Part shown: positions 13,797 through 28,123 of the stretch, one piece after another | Position numbering within the stretch: position 1 is the stretch's first letter | Layout of the letters: the number at the start of each line of letters is the position of its first letter | From: Paramecium tetraurelia | Lineage: Eukaryota | Assembly (NCBI GenBank): GCA_000165425.1 | Contig: CT868163.1 | Coordinates: 434,001 to 498,000 of the forward strand | Direction of reading: 5' to 3' | Length of the DNA: 64,000 nucleotides | The notes under the pieces: generated by a model | Seen by the model: only the letters and a program-made list of their open reading frames with translations | Told to the model about the DNA's origin: nothing | The model's database searches: none | Translations under genes and position numbers: made by a program

Positions 13797-16540
13797 ATGA
13801 GTGAGGATATATTAAGTAAAAGCAATATGGGTGAATATGGAGAAGTACATTTTCATATAGATTTGTAATTTAGGACATTGATCAACAACTCTATGAAAGA
13901 TGTGAGCAATTTTGCTAAAAATTGAGACGAACAAATTAATAACTTTATAAGTTTGAATTGATATCAATTTTAGACAATTTTCGAATATTGTCAATTAAAA
14001 TACGAAAGCAGCTAAAGAGTAATTGGGACAAATGTTGAGTGAGGAACCCGAATTATTAAAGGAAGTAAATGCCCTATTGGAAGATGATGTCAAATTCAAG
14101 ACTCAGAAAGAGAAACTGACTGAGTTTATCAACAATGAGACTAGCAAACCCAAAGCATTGGAGACAATTTTGAAATAAATATAAAATGGACATCTAGATG
14201 GACATCAAAACAAAGACCATATCTTGGAATTATTTAGCAATGAACCTCAATTACAATAACAGTTCTTGTAGAGTTTCAAAAAGAAGCATGACCAAATTCC
14301 CCCAAAAAAAAAAATTGAAGAAAATAGAAATTATTTTTAAAAACTACTGGATAAAAATGGAGTTGTCGATATGGTAAGACTTACATTTTTTAAATTAGAA
14401 TGAATTACTTTTTTGGGATAAATTTAGAATGAGAGTTGTCTAACAATTCCCCAATGAACATTAGCAATTTATGAACGAATTCATGAAGATTATACATCTA
14501 TATTCCGAATGCATCATCACCTAGATGGAAGTGATGGAATTAATCAATCAACAACAATGGTTAGAAACAGAATACATAGACGAAATTAGATCCATGTTGT
14601 CTACAAGGGTCATTGCTCGAAGAATACAAACTCCACTTTTTAAACCTCTAAAAGATACTGATTTTGCTTAGGTTGACAGGGTCACCAGATCCTATGTTCG
14701 AATGCCTATTGGCTATGCAAAAGCTAACAACAATTCAGAAATCCTCAATCATTCTTGGGTGTCAGTGCCATTTGGTTCTGAAGATCAATCATTCTTAATT
14801 ATGAGAAAAAACACTTTTGAAGAACAACTATTTAAAAGTGAGGATGAAAGATTCGAATTTGATGTCAATATTTAATAAATAAAAAGAACCATAAATTTAT
14901 TATAAGAGATAATCGATGGTAATAAAGAGGATCCAATATTGATTGCTAAAGTAATTGACATGAGAATTTTGCAACAATTATATAGAAATTAAACTCAAGA
15001 TTAAAATGAAGTCCTTTAGATATTTTAAACCAAACCTGCTGAAAGTGCTAAAATCCTCATTAAGAGAGTCAAATAAAAATTAAATGAACTCATTTCAGCA
15101 AGAAATAACAAGGCTAAATAAATTTGGGAAAATGTCTCCCTGAATAACTTTCATCGTTCCCTTGATCATAGATCCTTTTATTTCAAAAAGAATGACAAAT
15201 TGGTCATAAATGGATAAAGATTTGCCAGGGAAATCGAGGAGTATGCCAAAAACATCTTAATTAAACATCTTGGAACAAAGGAGCATGTTTTTGTTAAAAG
15301 AAAGCAAGATCAAATATAATACACTTTCGAAAACTCCTTTCTGAATTCCCTTGCGTAGATGACTAATATAAGACCTATTTTACCTAAATAGATGCCCTTA
15401 GTACCGGCTACTAGAGACAATATCAGATTTTTCCCATTGATTTCGCTATGGATGGGAAATGAATAAATTTTATAGGAATGTGGTCAATTTGTTATTCATT
15501 ATCTCCAAATTATGGGAGGTAACAATTCTCTGGATAAAAGAAACGGAACATTTTTTATGATAAAATTGATCAACCATTTCTTTTAAGTTTCCATGAAACC
15601 AATGCAAATATCCCAATTGACATTAATAGATACTAAATTGAAAAATGAAATTTAAGAATTAGAAATTTATGACATTCATTACAATCCAGAAGATGCCTCC
15701 ACCTCTATTCCAGAAATAGAAAATGAATCCCCAGGTGTATTCCTGAACCTACAACCAAAAGTTAAGTCAACCACATATGTGACACAAAACCTGTATATCC
15801 TATTGAGATTTTTGCATACGATATATCAAAGACTAGAGATGGCTTATGTCATAAGTCAGCAAAACAAGTTAGGACAAGATAAGAGATATAACTTATTCAA
15901 ATCTGCTCTATTTCTTTCATTAAAGGCCAAAGATTTTAAATATGAGGATCATTTACGAAGTTTGTTCGGAAAGCATGTACATTGATTCTTAATTATGTTA
16001 GGGGTTCATATTTTCAACTTTGGAGAAGGTGTTTCATGATGCTGCAAAACAGTTGGCTATTTGCGCTTCTGATGTTGTGACTATGTCATTTTTTGAGAAA
16101 TCAGTTTCAGTGGAGGGAGACCTGGATAAATACTTTTAAGTTGTTTCCAGCATTGTAAATGGGGAAGGAATTAAGGTTTGTGATTTAGAAGCTTAGGTTT
16201 TGTGTAAGTTCTCGTAACTTCAAGAGGAGGAACAATTATTGAAATTGCATTAGGCATTTTCTCATCATAAACCAGAAAAGAGGCCTATCTATAGAGTAAA
16301 TTGATTGATTAAATATAGATTGCTTGTTGGCATAGGGCTTGTTTTATTTCAATATTACCAGCATATGGAGGATGCAATCAAGAGACATGTAAATCTTGTA
16401 AATAACCTTTCTTAATGAGGAATATGAAAAGAGGAGAAAGACGTATGATGATTACAAACAGTGTTGAATGGAGTGTCGATGAGTGTAGCCATTTCAAACC
16501 AATCATTAATTAAGGAGAAGACTATTTAAAATGTGTATGA
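13797..16540 (+). CDS. SIN3: Sin3-like co-repressor scaffold (divergent PAH repeats plus HDAC-interaction domain)
   Basis: HID motifs RSYVRMP, ILNHSWVSVPFGSEDQSF..RKNTFEEQLFKSEDERFEFD, IWENVSLNNFHRSLDHRSFYFKKNDK; three PAH-like helical blocks at the N-terminus. Confidence 0.88.
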
Positions 16541-17003
16541 GTGTGATCCTGATATGAAATGTTATTTTTTAATGTTATATTTTACATATTATCTATCTGG
16601 GTCAATTAGGGTTGAGTATGATGCAAAATTAGAGGAAAATATAAAAAGAAATTAAGTAAATGAGAATATAATTCTCAATTTCCTCTTATTTCGATATGAT
16701 ATTGATTTGTATGTTTTTCATTTGTAATTATGAATGTATTGTCTATTTAATTAGGTGGGGACTCTATTTTTAGAAATACTATTAAAATAAATGCATTTAT
16801 GTGAGATATAAAATATAACTAAATTTATTGAATTTGTTTGGGATATGACGTATTATGATAAAATGTGAGTTAAAAATATCATAAAAATATTAACTCAGCT
16901 GAAATTCGTATGATATCGTAATGAAATATGAATTTAAATAGGTTCTAGAATAGTGATTATAAAGCAATAATTAATATAAATAGTTTTTAACCAACATTTT
17001 ACA

Positions 17004-17638
17004 ATGGAAGTTAATATGAAAGAATTACAAGAAGGTCCTGCTCTGGCTATCGAAGGCCAAACAAATATAGATTTAGATTCTGAGGAGAGGAATTTAGAGG
17101 AAGGAAAAACTAAGAACCATATATAGGTTCCTGTAAAACCTGCAAAATATATTCTCACATAGGGTGATAAGATGGCATTGAAATTGGCAAAAGGTCTAAT
17201 CTTGAGCAATCTAATTGGATTTGTTTTGTTATTTATTGGATGTGCTGTCATCTACACAACGCTCAAATCTAACTGGTATGATGAGATGATAGTGTCCTTT
17301 TAAATCTTCATATTTTCAGACGTCCTTCTTTTGGGAGAAAAGATTTTGTTTTTCGCAGCCTTGATAAACAAGAAAAAGATGGTTAAATTATGTCCCTTCT
17401 TAAATGTAGTCTCTTTATTACTGAAGATAGTGGCCAGTGGATTGATTGTGTAAGACATGTAATAGATAATTATAGTCACACTCTCCCTAGTCCACTCATA
17501 GTTAGTCTCATTTTGGTGTTACTCTAAATGCCTCATAACATCATGATTAAAGTGATCACCAAAAGATGGAGGAACATCCCTCAAAGGAAGTGGAAAAAAC
17601 AATTAGTTTTAGTTAGAAAACCAATCCCTTAGAAGTGA
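17004..17638 (+). CDS. Hypothetical multi-pass membrane protein (about 4 TM)
   Basis: Code-6 ORF with hydrophobic segments GLILSNLIGFVLLFIGCAVIY, FLNVVSLLLKIVASGLIV, PLIVSLILVLL; one 26-nt intron inferred. Confidence 0.65.
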
Positions 17639-18001
17639 AACCTGTTTAATGATCAATATTTTTGTTTATATTTCTTATTATATTTTTATAGGTATTCTCT
17701 CATCTCTACGAAATGTATACCAAAACTATAGATTCCTCACCATCACCATTTCTATTAATTTTACTATCTCTTTTTCAAATATAAGACCCAAGAACTTGTT
17801 CCTACTGTTATTTTGACTGATTCCCTGTCTTCGAACTTCTTGGTTATCATTTCAAACCTCACTCCCTCTAAATTATACATCTCATTGGACTTCATAGTGC
17901 AAAACTAAAATCTCTTTAAATTCTTAATCTTCTCAGATCATTATTAAAACATATTTTTTAAGGAATTAAAAAGACATTAATCAATAAAAATTAATATTAT
18001 T

Positions 18002-19724
18002 ATGATTGATTATATAAAGGAAACAGGCGACATTCTCATCACTAAATAAGGCTCCATGAGTTCCTTTTAATAGAATAGCGATTCAAGTCCAAAAAACTTA
18101 TTGGGTAGTCACAAACAATTGCGTTTTCCAACAATTTCTACTTCATTATTGAAATCAGCCATCGAGGCCAATTACTTGGAGGCTGATCAAAGGAACAATA
18201 TCATTAGAAATCCCAATCAATTAACTGTGTTTAGAATGCATTTTGATACAAATTCTCCAAGAACTCAGGCTGCAATGGAAATTCTGAAATTGCATGTTGA
18301 GGATCTTCAAGTGAAAGATTATGAGGAATACTATCAGAATCGCAAAGATCCACTTCAGAACCTCATATCATATTTGTAATATGTAACCAATAAATACAAA
18401 ATATTGAACGACATCCTAAAGAAGAGAAATTAAATTAAACACATCCAATCTTAGGTCTCCAAACAAATGAACTCGAAGAACATCAAGTTTAAGGATGAAT
18501 CTATCTCTCTCGAATAGACTGAATTGAAGAAGCCGTCATGTGAAGATGTTCATTCAACTATTTTAAGTGCAACTCAAAAGAAGGAACTTTTTGATAAGAA
18601 GTTGATCAAAGCATCAGAAAATTACAATAAGTAAGTAAATATTAATACCATTAAGGTTTCTGAATTTGGTGCATGACCAAATAAATAAACAAGATGAATA
18701 CTACAGTAAGACTGCCCCTGAGATGTATTAAAAAGCAGAGAGATTGAAATAGAAACAACTAGAATTAGTGAAAAAGAAACTCAAGAGGAACCATTTGAAG
18801 GTAGATCAAATATGTCAGAAGGCCAAAATGGAAGAATAAACACAATATCGAGAACATTAGAAGATGGTGTAAGAGTTGGAGAAGGATCACACTCTTCATT
18901 AAGAGAGAAAATAAAAATAATTGTAATAGGCATAGGAGGAATTACTGGAACAATTGAGAAAGAGGGAAGAGAAGGAAAGAGAGAGATAGTTAAAGAGATA
19001 GATGTAGATGAATTTAGAATAGAGTATGATTGATTAGGTGATGGATTCAATAAAGAAGAAGTCTGATTACATGAACGAATATTTACATAAGAAGTAGGAG
19101 GAAGATAAGAAGAAGCATAATTAGAATGTGAAAATATTTGAAGAGAAGTAAAAAAAATTACAAGAATCCTATGTATAAAAGGAGAATCAGAATGTTTAGA
19201 ATTATTTCAGTAAGTCAACGTAAAGACTGGTATTTTATATATATAAATTTATGGGTAGATTCAAATAAATAAGCATGAAATATCATAATTGAAGTAATAG
19301 AAGAGTCTGTCTTTGAAGAATAGTAGGATAATGAAGAGGGTTGAATAATTTCAGGAGTCTTTGGATTAGAAGAGATTTGAGGAATTGAATTCTAAATTGT
19401 AGGAGACAGACGAGAAATTAGAGGAGGGAATGAAGAGGTATGAATTTGATTTACAAGTGTAGACATTAATCTCTTTTGGATTTGAGGAAGATTAAATTAA
19501 CTTAGAAGAATGAGCACAGATTCAAATTGGCAAAGCAGAAATAGATGGAGAATATGTTAGAAAAAATTTATAAGCAAAATAAAATATTATAAAAAAATCT
19601 CGAAATTACTTAGAAAAATGACAAAATAAAATAAGAATTAGAATTTTTGGAGAAATACAAAAAAGAATAATTATAAGATCATGTTATTTAGAGAAATATT
19701 TTGGCATAAAAATTATCATCTTGA
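18002..19724 (+). CDS. Long E/K/Q/R-rich coiled-coil protein with N-terminal SPR-x-Q-x-A motif
   Basis: FDTNSPRTQAAMEILKLHVEDLQ followed by charged helical sequence; tiny introns. Confidence 0.7.
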
Positions 19725-19836
19725 TTTTTATTTGGTTTTATATTATTTTTTCATTATTTGTAAAAAATGTAATATTATATTTAGATTATAATTAGAAAAT
19801 ATATATGAAGAGAGAAATGCAAATTATTGTAATAAA

Positions 19837-20577
19837 ATGAATGAAGAAACCCAAACTTTATTAAAAAAGATATTGGAAATGCAATTGGAATGCACTTAAT
19901 TATTGACAAGCATTTTATTCAAGAAGAATCCAACATCAAATGACGGAGAGCAGCAGAACAAGAAATCTGAATAAATAGAGGAGTCCAAATTACAGTTAGA
20001 GGGGTCAAAGAGAAGAGGCAGAAAATCAATTAAGAGTGCAATTCAAGTTGATACTCTACTGTAAAGTGAAGATGAGATCTAACTCTAGCAATTATTTTAG
20101 ATGACTCCAAAAGGATTACTGTCACCTGAACAGTGCTATAAACAACTCAATGTGATTGTATAGAAATTCAGATAGCTGAATTCTTTGGCCAACAAGAATC
20201 ATTAATTAGACATCGAATACATTAAGGCATATCATAGTAAAAACAAATTTAAATATCTGAGAGCAATAACTAAGTTGTTTGTGCAGAGCATCAAGAATTT
20301 AAAATAGATTTAATCTAAAGATAATCAATCTGACATTTTCCAATGTCCCTCATGTGACTTTACAGGTATTAGCAGTGTATTTTACCCTCATATCTTGAAG
20401 AAGCATTGTTAGAACTATCACATATTCAGTTGCTTCTTGTGTTCAAAAGATTATCAGTCTCACACTTTGTTACATACTCATCTGAAGAGATATCATGGTA
20501 ATTCGAAGAAGAATCAAAAATCAGAAACTAACATATTGCTTCAATAAATAGATGATGATGTGAGCATAAGTCTATGA
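19837..20577 (+). CDS. C2H2 zinc-finger protein (two fingers)
   Basis: FQCPSCDFTGISSVFYPHILKKH and FSCFLCSKDYQSHTLLHTHLKRYH in an intronless 246-aa code-6 ORF; basic KRRGRK segment. Confidence 0.82.
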
Positions 20578-20610
20578 AAATTTTATATATTTTAATTAAT
20601 TAAATTTAAA

Positions 20611-22371
20611 ATGATGAATCACTTTTTTGAGTGTCCCCACGGTTGCGGTAGAAAATTCGATGATAACTAAAGATTGGAGGATCATATTAAAAGGAGACAT
20701 TTCCTTCAATAGAAAGTCTATCCAAGTCTATACGAGAATACAAATGGAAGTGCGATACAAAAGAGAGTCAATGTCTTAAGATCAAAACTGCCTCAGCTCA
20801 ATGATAATCATTCGTAAGTTCAATAATAATACTCCTAAACATAATAATAATTATCTGAGTCAATCAATACATAACAATTACCTCCAAAACCAATTTCTAA
20901 ATTGTAGTTACAATTCAAAAAAGGTTCAATTCTTCGTCCCAATTCAAGTAATAAAAAGTTAGATGATGTATAAAAAAATGCTGATTAAAAAGATAAGCAA
21001 TCTAATGAAAACAAGGAGATTCAAAAAAGCGTAAAGATAATCGAACCTTCTCCAGTAATATCAGCTTAGGATTTGGTGGAAGCTAGAAAGCTGATCACCA
21101 AACAATTTATATGCACAAACAGTGATGCTTCTGATTTGGAATCAGTTACACACTTGACCTTGAATGAGAAAAATCTCTTGGTTTTTGAAAGCACAACAGA
21201 AGTTCCATTTTAAGATTTAATGTAATCCTATATTAATTTATTAGCTCCTTAAAGAGTCTATCCTTATCCTAAAACAAGTTGATCAATGTAATTGGAATCA
21301 GTGTGTTGCATAATATTGTAGATTTGAATCTCAATAACAACAAAATATCTACACTATAGCCATTGGGAGAATGCAAGAGACTCCAGAAATTGTATGCAAA
21401 TAACAATCTAATCAACTCCATAGAAATGGGATTGATGATTCATTTGAAAATCTTTCAAATCGGCAATAATTAAATTACTGAATTTGAACATTTGGTCAAT
21501 AGCATTAAGTTGATGCCCAGTCTTAAGGATCTTGTTATTGAATGCAATCCTTGTACTCATAAATATGCTTACAAATACGACATTCTATGGACTGTGTTCT
21601 TAGACAAATTGGACAATCAGATTATCACTCAATAGGATTACAATCTGGCTTAGGCTTTCAAGGACAGCAAATAGGAATCCAAATTATCACAAAGTGTGAT
21701 GTTTTCTAAGGGTATGAGACCACAAACAGCTTCTACTATGAACTAAAGCATTCCCTTTCAAGATCCATAAAATGAGAATTCTCAAACTAACATAGTGTTG
21801 GAATAGATCAATTAAGAATTGGAGGAAGAGATAGAAGAATTATACGACATCAATTCCAATATGAGAGAGAAGATTGATAAGTTGGAGAAGTAGAATGTTG
21901 AATATAGACTTATTGCTGAGAGAGTTCCATTTCTAGAAGAATAATTACAAGATATGAGATCGAAGATTAGTGCTTATGAGAGTTTGATAATATTCAAAGA
22001 TTCACCAGATAATGAATTAAGAAAACATATCTTTGCTTTGACCTAAGAATTGGAGAAATTAAAGAGTAATAATAATCATCTTGAGAATTATGAAGAGGAA
22101 AATCAAACTAAATTTAATATCAATTAATCTAAGTTTTAGAATACAGAAACCACCTTTATCTAGTAATTATCATAAGCAGAAAGTGACAATGAGAATAAGG
22201 GAGATGATGAAGATGATGACGATAAATACTTGTAAGTTATTGAATCTATTGTTTCTTAGTCGAGATGATGAAAACATTTCCCAGATTCCAGGATAAGAAA
22301 TAATGGAGTTGATAATGAGGAATTCAATGACCTTGAGCAAACTCAAAGATGAATTCAAAGATATCAATTGA
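20611..22371 (+). CDS. Zinc finger + leucine-rich-repeat + coiled-coil protein
   Basis: N-term CPHGCGRKFDDNQRLEDHIKRRH; LRRs (LSLSQNKL, LNLNNNKI, LYANNNLI, FQIGNNQI, LVIECNP); C-terminal coiled coil. Confidence 0.8.
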
Positions 22372-22423
22372 CTCTTGAGTTTGATAATTAAATATATAAA
22401 TTATATATAAATTAATTCAATAA

Positions 22424-24378
22424 ATGTCAGAATATTTTAGAAAATACATTAAAAAAGAAAACTATGCTAATCATTTGTAATTTGATATCTAATTAGTAGT
22501 ACTAATATCAAATATAAAACTTCATTTAGAAATTGCATCTTGGAAGTATAATTGCATGAATAATGAAAGGCATTTAAGAGGAGAAATTGGAAAGAGACTG
22601 ATGGTGACGATTGGGACATTATGTGGGCTGAGAAGGAATGGATTCATGAAGTTATGGACCATATTCACTTGTAACCTCATTAAAAAATAAATCATTTTCG
22701 GAATCATTATGAGGTACTTCTCAATTTTCTATTTCAATTAGTTAACTCGAAAAGATCTCATGATTAAGAATCTCAAAAAGTAGAAAAGAACACTAGAAAA
22801 AGAGGGTAAAATTGACGAAGCCAATGCGTAATTTAAGTAATTTAACGATGTAGTTATAATTTCTTTCCACTGACCTACCATTTACCAAGTGAATATCCTA
22901 TCTTCAATGAAGAATTTAAAAAGCAAGGCGACAACAAAACTGCCTGGATCATGAAACCAGTACAAATTTGATTCATCATCTTAATTAGATAGGCAAATCT
23001 CAAGGAAGAGGCATATTCTTGTTTAACAAAATACAGTAGATATCCCAATGGAAAAACCAAGTCAAGTTCAATCCTGAAAATCCATCTGCTGAATCCTATA
23101 TAGTTTAAAGATACATAGCTGATCCTCTCCTAATTGGAGGCAAGAAGTTTGACACAAGGATCTACTTGTTGTGTACTTCCTATTCTCCGTTAACATTATA
23201 CTTATATCGTACAGGTTTTGCGAGATTCACTCATCACAGATATGATAATGAAGACATAACCAACACTTGTATAGTTATTAGCATGATGTAGATGTTCATT
23301 TAACCAATGTGGCCATTTAGAAGACCTCAGATAATTATGATGAAAAACTAGGAGGCAAGTGGGATTTATAAAAATTGAAACTCTTTCTCATGACAAAGTA
23401 TGGACAGGATAAAGTTTAGGAATGCTTTTACAATGTTCAATAATTGATGATTAAGTCATTATTGGCAGTTCAAAAGATCATAATAAATGATAAGCATTGT
23501 TTTGAACTCTATGGATTTGACATCTTGTTTGATTCTCAATTAAAGCCTTGGCTTTTGGAAGTGAATGCAAGGTATAAAACAAGTCTATTAACAAAGTCCT
23601 TCTATGACATCTAACACTCCTATTGACTTTGAATTAAAATGTGGATTACTAGATGATGTTTTTACAATTATTGATGTTGAAAAAATATTAACTGGAAATG
23701 AGGAACAAATTGGAGGGTTTGATTTAATTTATAAAGGAGGCCCTATAAAAAATAATTATAATTGTTCTTCAATATCATTTCTTGGTACTTTTAATAATAG
23801 GAAATTGCAATTGAAGAAGTTAGCCAAGGCATGTGGTAAGTAATTATAAATATTACTCTTAAGCATTGAAATTGGCACATGCAAATGAGGATAATTAAGT
23901 GAAAAGTTCAGAAGGAACCAAGAAGGATAAGGAGGAAAAAGAGAAGTAAATGAGGAGTTCTTCAAAGAGTTCTTAGATTGCATAATAAGTATTTTTTGAA
24001 TTGATTGCAGAATTAAAATAATCCGAACAAAGTTGTAATCCAATCAAAAGGAGTGACGAGTATTAAGAGAAACTCTACGGATCTACCGATATTAATGAAT
24101 AAACAAAATACAATACGGAAGATGCCTTTATAAAATACTCAACAAAAATAGAAAATATAAATTTAACAATAAAAAGGGGAATACCAATTTTCAAACTAGA
24201 ATAAAGTGTATGAAATTTAGTTCGATAATTTAGAATATCATAGTTAAACAATTCTTCGTTCAGTCCGAATGTTAAAATAGAGAGTGCTTCGAATCATCAA
24301 AATCATTATTTAGCAAAGGATAGTTTTCGGACCTTACCCAAAATAGCAAAGAACGAATCTTATATATCAGATGTTTGA
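22424..24378 (+). CDS. TTLL9: Tubulin polyglutamylase, TTLL9-like (TTLL1/9 group)
   Basis: [94 protein letters not shown]; many tiny introns. Confidence 0.9.
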
Positions 24379-24503
24379 TTTAGAAATGTAACCATAAAAA
24401 AACTCAATTTAAATTATATATATAAAGGATTCAATTATTTTAAACAGAAATTGTTGGCTAAAAATAAGATCTTAATTAAAAATAAAATAATATATATATT
24501 TTA

Positions 24504-25480
24504 ATGTAAATATTACCACCAGCAGAAAGAGTGCTACATTTCTAAGAAACAAAGAGCTGGTTCAATTCGAGACATCCCTCTAAAGTAAAGGAGAAATATA
24601 GGAAAACAGAGAAGGAGTTATTCGATGATGAAATAGTCACAGAAACATTCCATTTGATTGACAGAGATCACTCAAGTATATTGCATTAGTATAAATTGTA
24701 AGATACAATTGAGATGGATGAACTGTACTCCATGTTGAAAAAGAACAATTATCCTGTGAATTTGGGGCTTCTGAAGGCCTTCTTCGAAATGACTGATCGC
24801 GATGGCAATAGTACGCTTCTATAAATATACTTTAAGAATGCATTGATTTGGATGAGTTCAAATATGTTATAAAGGACGAGGGAACTTCTCAAAGTAATGT
24901 AGTGATTAAGTTTTGATAGCATTTAGATCATTGATGAGGAAGATGAGAGAAATAGGAGAAGAGAATTATTATTCCACTGATTTTGTAAATTTACTGAGAT
25001 ATTTGTCTTATTGTGCCAACCGAACTGATCTGATATGGCAAATAAAAGTACTTATTCATCCTTATATTCATTTCAATTATAAAGAATACGCGTCTTTCAT
25101 TCGAATAAAGATCTAAGTTAGTGTCTGAGTTGTTTAAAGTCAATTAGCAATTTACAAAGATATCAAATCCAAAGGAAGAATAAAAATGCACATTGAGACC
25201 TTTCATGAAAACCAAGGGCCAAGATGAAATTAAGTACCTCACTCCCATCAACAAAAAGCCCCGTATCATAACAAACCTGTCAACAAAAACTAGAATAAGC
25301 ACCAGCAATCAAAATTCAATATTATCCTTCGATATAAATAGTATTTCATCACCCAGATTATCTCCGTTAAAAACAGACAGATATGTATTTAAAAAGAAAA
25401 TGAGTTTAACCACTACTCCATCCACTAAAACAACTTTGTATTCAACCAAATCCACATAAAAGATAAATAATAAGTTTTGA
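24504..25480 (+). CDS. EF-hand calcium-binding protein with Ser/Thr-rich tail
   Basis: EF loops DRDHSNTIEMDE and DRDGNKCIDLDE, each interrupted by a tiny intron. Confidence 0.82.
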
Positions 25481-25609
25481 CAATATATATAATATATCTA
25501 CAATATTTTTAAAGAATCCAAATTTATTGTTAAAATTAATAGTTATTTTATCATAAATATAACATTTTCTTATAAGAAAATTTAAGTATTTTAGTTGTTT
25601 CAATTTCAA

Positions 25610-26500
25610 AATGAATTATTGATATGTGAGTACATCATCCATCTTCAAGAAACCAATCTGTTTTAATTGAGAAAGTGAGGTTGATATTTGAATTAGCAAA
25701 ACAAGGCTGAAAATTATTGATATCAATCGAATATTATTACTGAAATATACATAGAGGGAGGAAGACAAGGAGGAATAGTAAGTAAACTAAAAAAATATGA
25801 GGATTCCATTCTGAATATGATTTAGTAAAATCTAAAAAGAAAATTTTCTTAAAATAACGAAGGAATGAAATGGTATTGTATTCTCTCCACAAAAAGGTAT
25901 TTTACTACATTCGGATAAGAATGGAGATTATATAATATTGTCTAGTAATTAGAATAAAAGTGATAATAAAAATCAAGATGGGTATTGAATATACATCTAA
26001 TAAATAAATCCATTTATGTTTAATCATATATCTGAATTGAAGAGTAATAAACTAAGTATTATTCACATAGTTCAATCATTTTTTGATATTAGAGTTCATC
26101 CGTTAGCATTTAAAGTAATATTGTTTATGAGTATAATATTGGTTCAAATCAAAATGCATCCATCTTGTCAAATCCTCATTAGATGAGATAAAATCAACTA
26201 ATTGAATTTAAAATAGAAAGTTTGATCATGAAAGATGGAACACATCTAGTTTTTGAGTCTTATTCATATATTAAATGGAACAAATGAAGAAATAGCTTCT
26301 GATGAGAATATACGTAATTAGTCTAGAACAATTATTTTATTTTTATTATAGGTTATTTCATAATTAACCTAAAATATCTTAAATAGAAAATATATTTAAA
26401 AAATGATGAGAGATTATAGATTGTTCTAACACATTCTTAATTATTGGATGTGCCATTTGATAATCGCAATACTCGTAATGTAATTTAGAAGATTACTGAA
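25610..26500 (+). pseudogene. Possible decayed gene remnant
   Basis: Unusually long (~1.1 kb) gap between genes; holds coding-like fragments (EGGRQGGIVSKLKKYEDSILNMIQ; DKNGDYIILSSNQ) and intron-like GT..AG segments, but all frames tried are broken by TGA or frameshifts. Confidence 0.3.
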
Positions 26501-26657
26501 ATTTTAAGTTGAAAACTTATAATTCAATTAAATTGATTTGATTAAATGTTTTAGTTTTAGGAATTACATCATATAAATTAATTATAAATTATTAATCCAT
26601 TTTGAATGTAAACATAGTGATATATTCTTAGGCTCAAAGAGTATCAGTTAATACAGA

Positions 26658-27992
26658 ATGTCTAATAGTAGGTATAACGAATTTTTTAAAAATATCCACT
26701 GATTATAAATGTTGATTAGTTTCAAAAGGACCTTATAGCATTGTTCTCTATTTAAAGTTAAGAAACCTTGAAAAAATAACTAGTAAGTCTTCTTCATTAA
26801 CATAAATTGCCAATTCAATCCCTTGATTTTAATTAATTAACTAGAAAAGAAAATTAAATAATTATAAAAAGCAACACAGCACAAATTAAAATCACTCTAG
26901 ATGGAAGGTTCATTTACAATCAATTTCAGACTGGAATTTCATATTAAGTCTTTTAGAATAAATGTATATATCACGGCCAAGTTCACAATAAGAAACCAAA
27001 CGGTGAAGGAAGTTTTAAATGGGAGAATGGAGAACAGTATATAGGTTAATGGTCGAATGCTTAGAAGCATGGCTTTGGTTAATGGATAGGAACACAAGAT
27101 GATTATTATATTGGTTAATGGGTGAATGGACAGTAAGATGGATTAGGAGAACACAAATGGAATGGAGATGTTTATCTTGGTCAATGGAAAAATTCAGTTA
27201 AAAATGGATATGGAGTGGAGCAATTTCAAAATGGTGATAAATATATTGGAAATTATTATTTTGGTAAACCATAGGGACAAGGTGAATATAGATGGGTTGA
27301 TGGATCCATCTATTCAGGACAGTTTTAGGAGGGTATGAGACACGGATATGGGAGGTATATTAATAAAAACGGCATCATTTACGAAGTATTATATGATGTC
27401 TAATTAGGGAGAATATTAAAAAGATTTAAAGCATGGCATTGGCAAATTAATATAAAATGATGGGAGTTCATATTCAGGCTCCTTTGTCCAGGACCATCGA
27501 GATCTACCAGAAGTTGACTATTAAAAGAGCGATAAAATCGTTCATGCTACTCATTAAAGAAATTAATCCCCTTTTATTAGTCCCCATACTTTAGAGAAAC
27601 CAAAGCAAGAGTTTACTTAAAGAGACAATAAAACTATCAATTTATAGAATTAGCAATCTCAATTAAATTAAACTTATTTAAACACTTACCAAGACCCAAA
27701 TTTATAGTTTTTTCATAATAAATTACAAAACTTATAATTACCTGAAATTTCCAAAAAAAAAGTTTAAGTTCCAAATAAATCCGCACGAACACACTCTATG
27801 AATTAGAAAAGGATTTCGTAATTGAATGAACTTAAATAAAATCAAAAGTCTGCTTCAATTGATCTTAAAGATATATATATTGGAGATGCATATAGAACTA
27901 TCAAAAAGAAATAAAAGAATTACAAGGATAGAAGCTATTTAGACTTAATAAATAATAATAAGAAATCTATTAAGAATGTATTTGTATATTGA
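26658..27992 (+). CDS. MORN-repeat protein (5' end uncertain)
   Basis: About 7 repeats of Y.G.W/F..G..HG.G, e.g. YHGQVHNKKPNGEG, YIGQWSNAQKHGFG, YSGQFQEGMRHGYG. Confidence 0.88.
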
Positions 27993-28123
27993 TTCTAATT
28001 ATCTTATTTATTAGTATTCTTCATTTATAACTAATATTTCAATTTGATTTAAAATATTCTTTTTTATGATCTAATTTCAATTAATTAAAAAATTTGATAA
28101 ATTATTTTAAGAAAAATAATAAG

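Noticed and set aside
17740..17895. ~50-codon minus-strand ORF (MKSNEMYNLEG...) in a spacer
   Set aside because: Short, no motif or intron support; short code-6 ORFs arise easily by chance.
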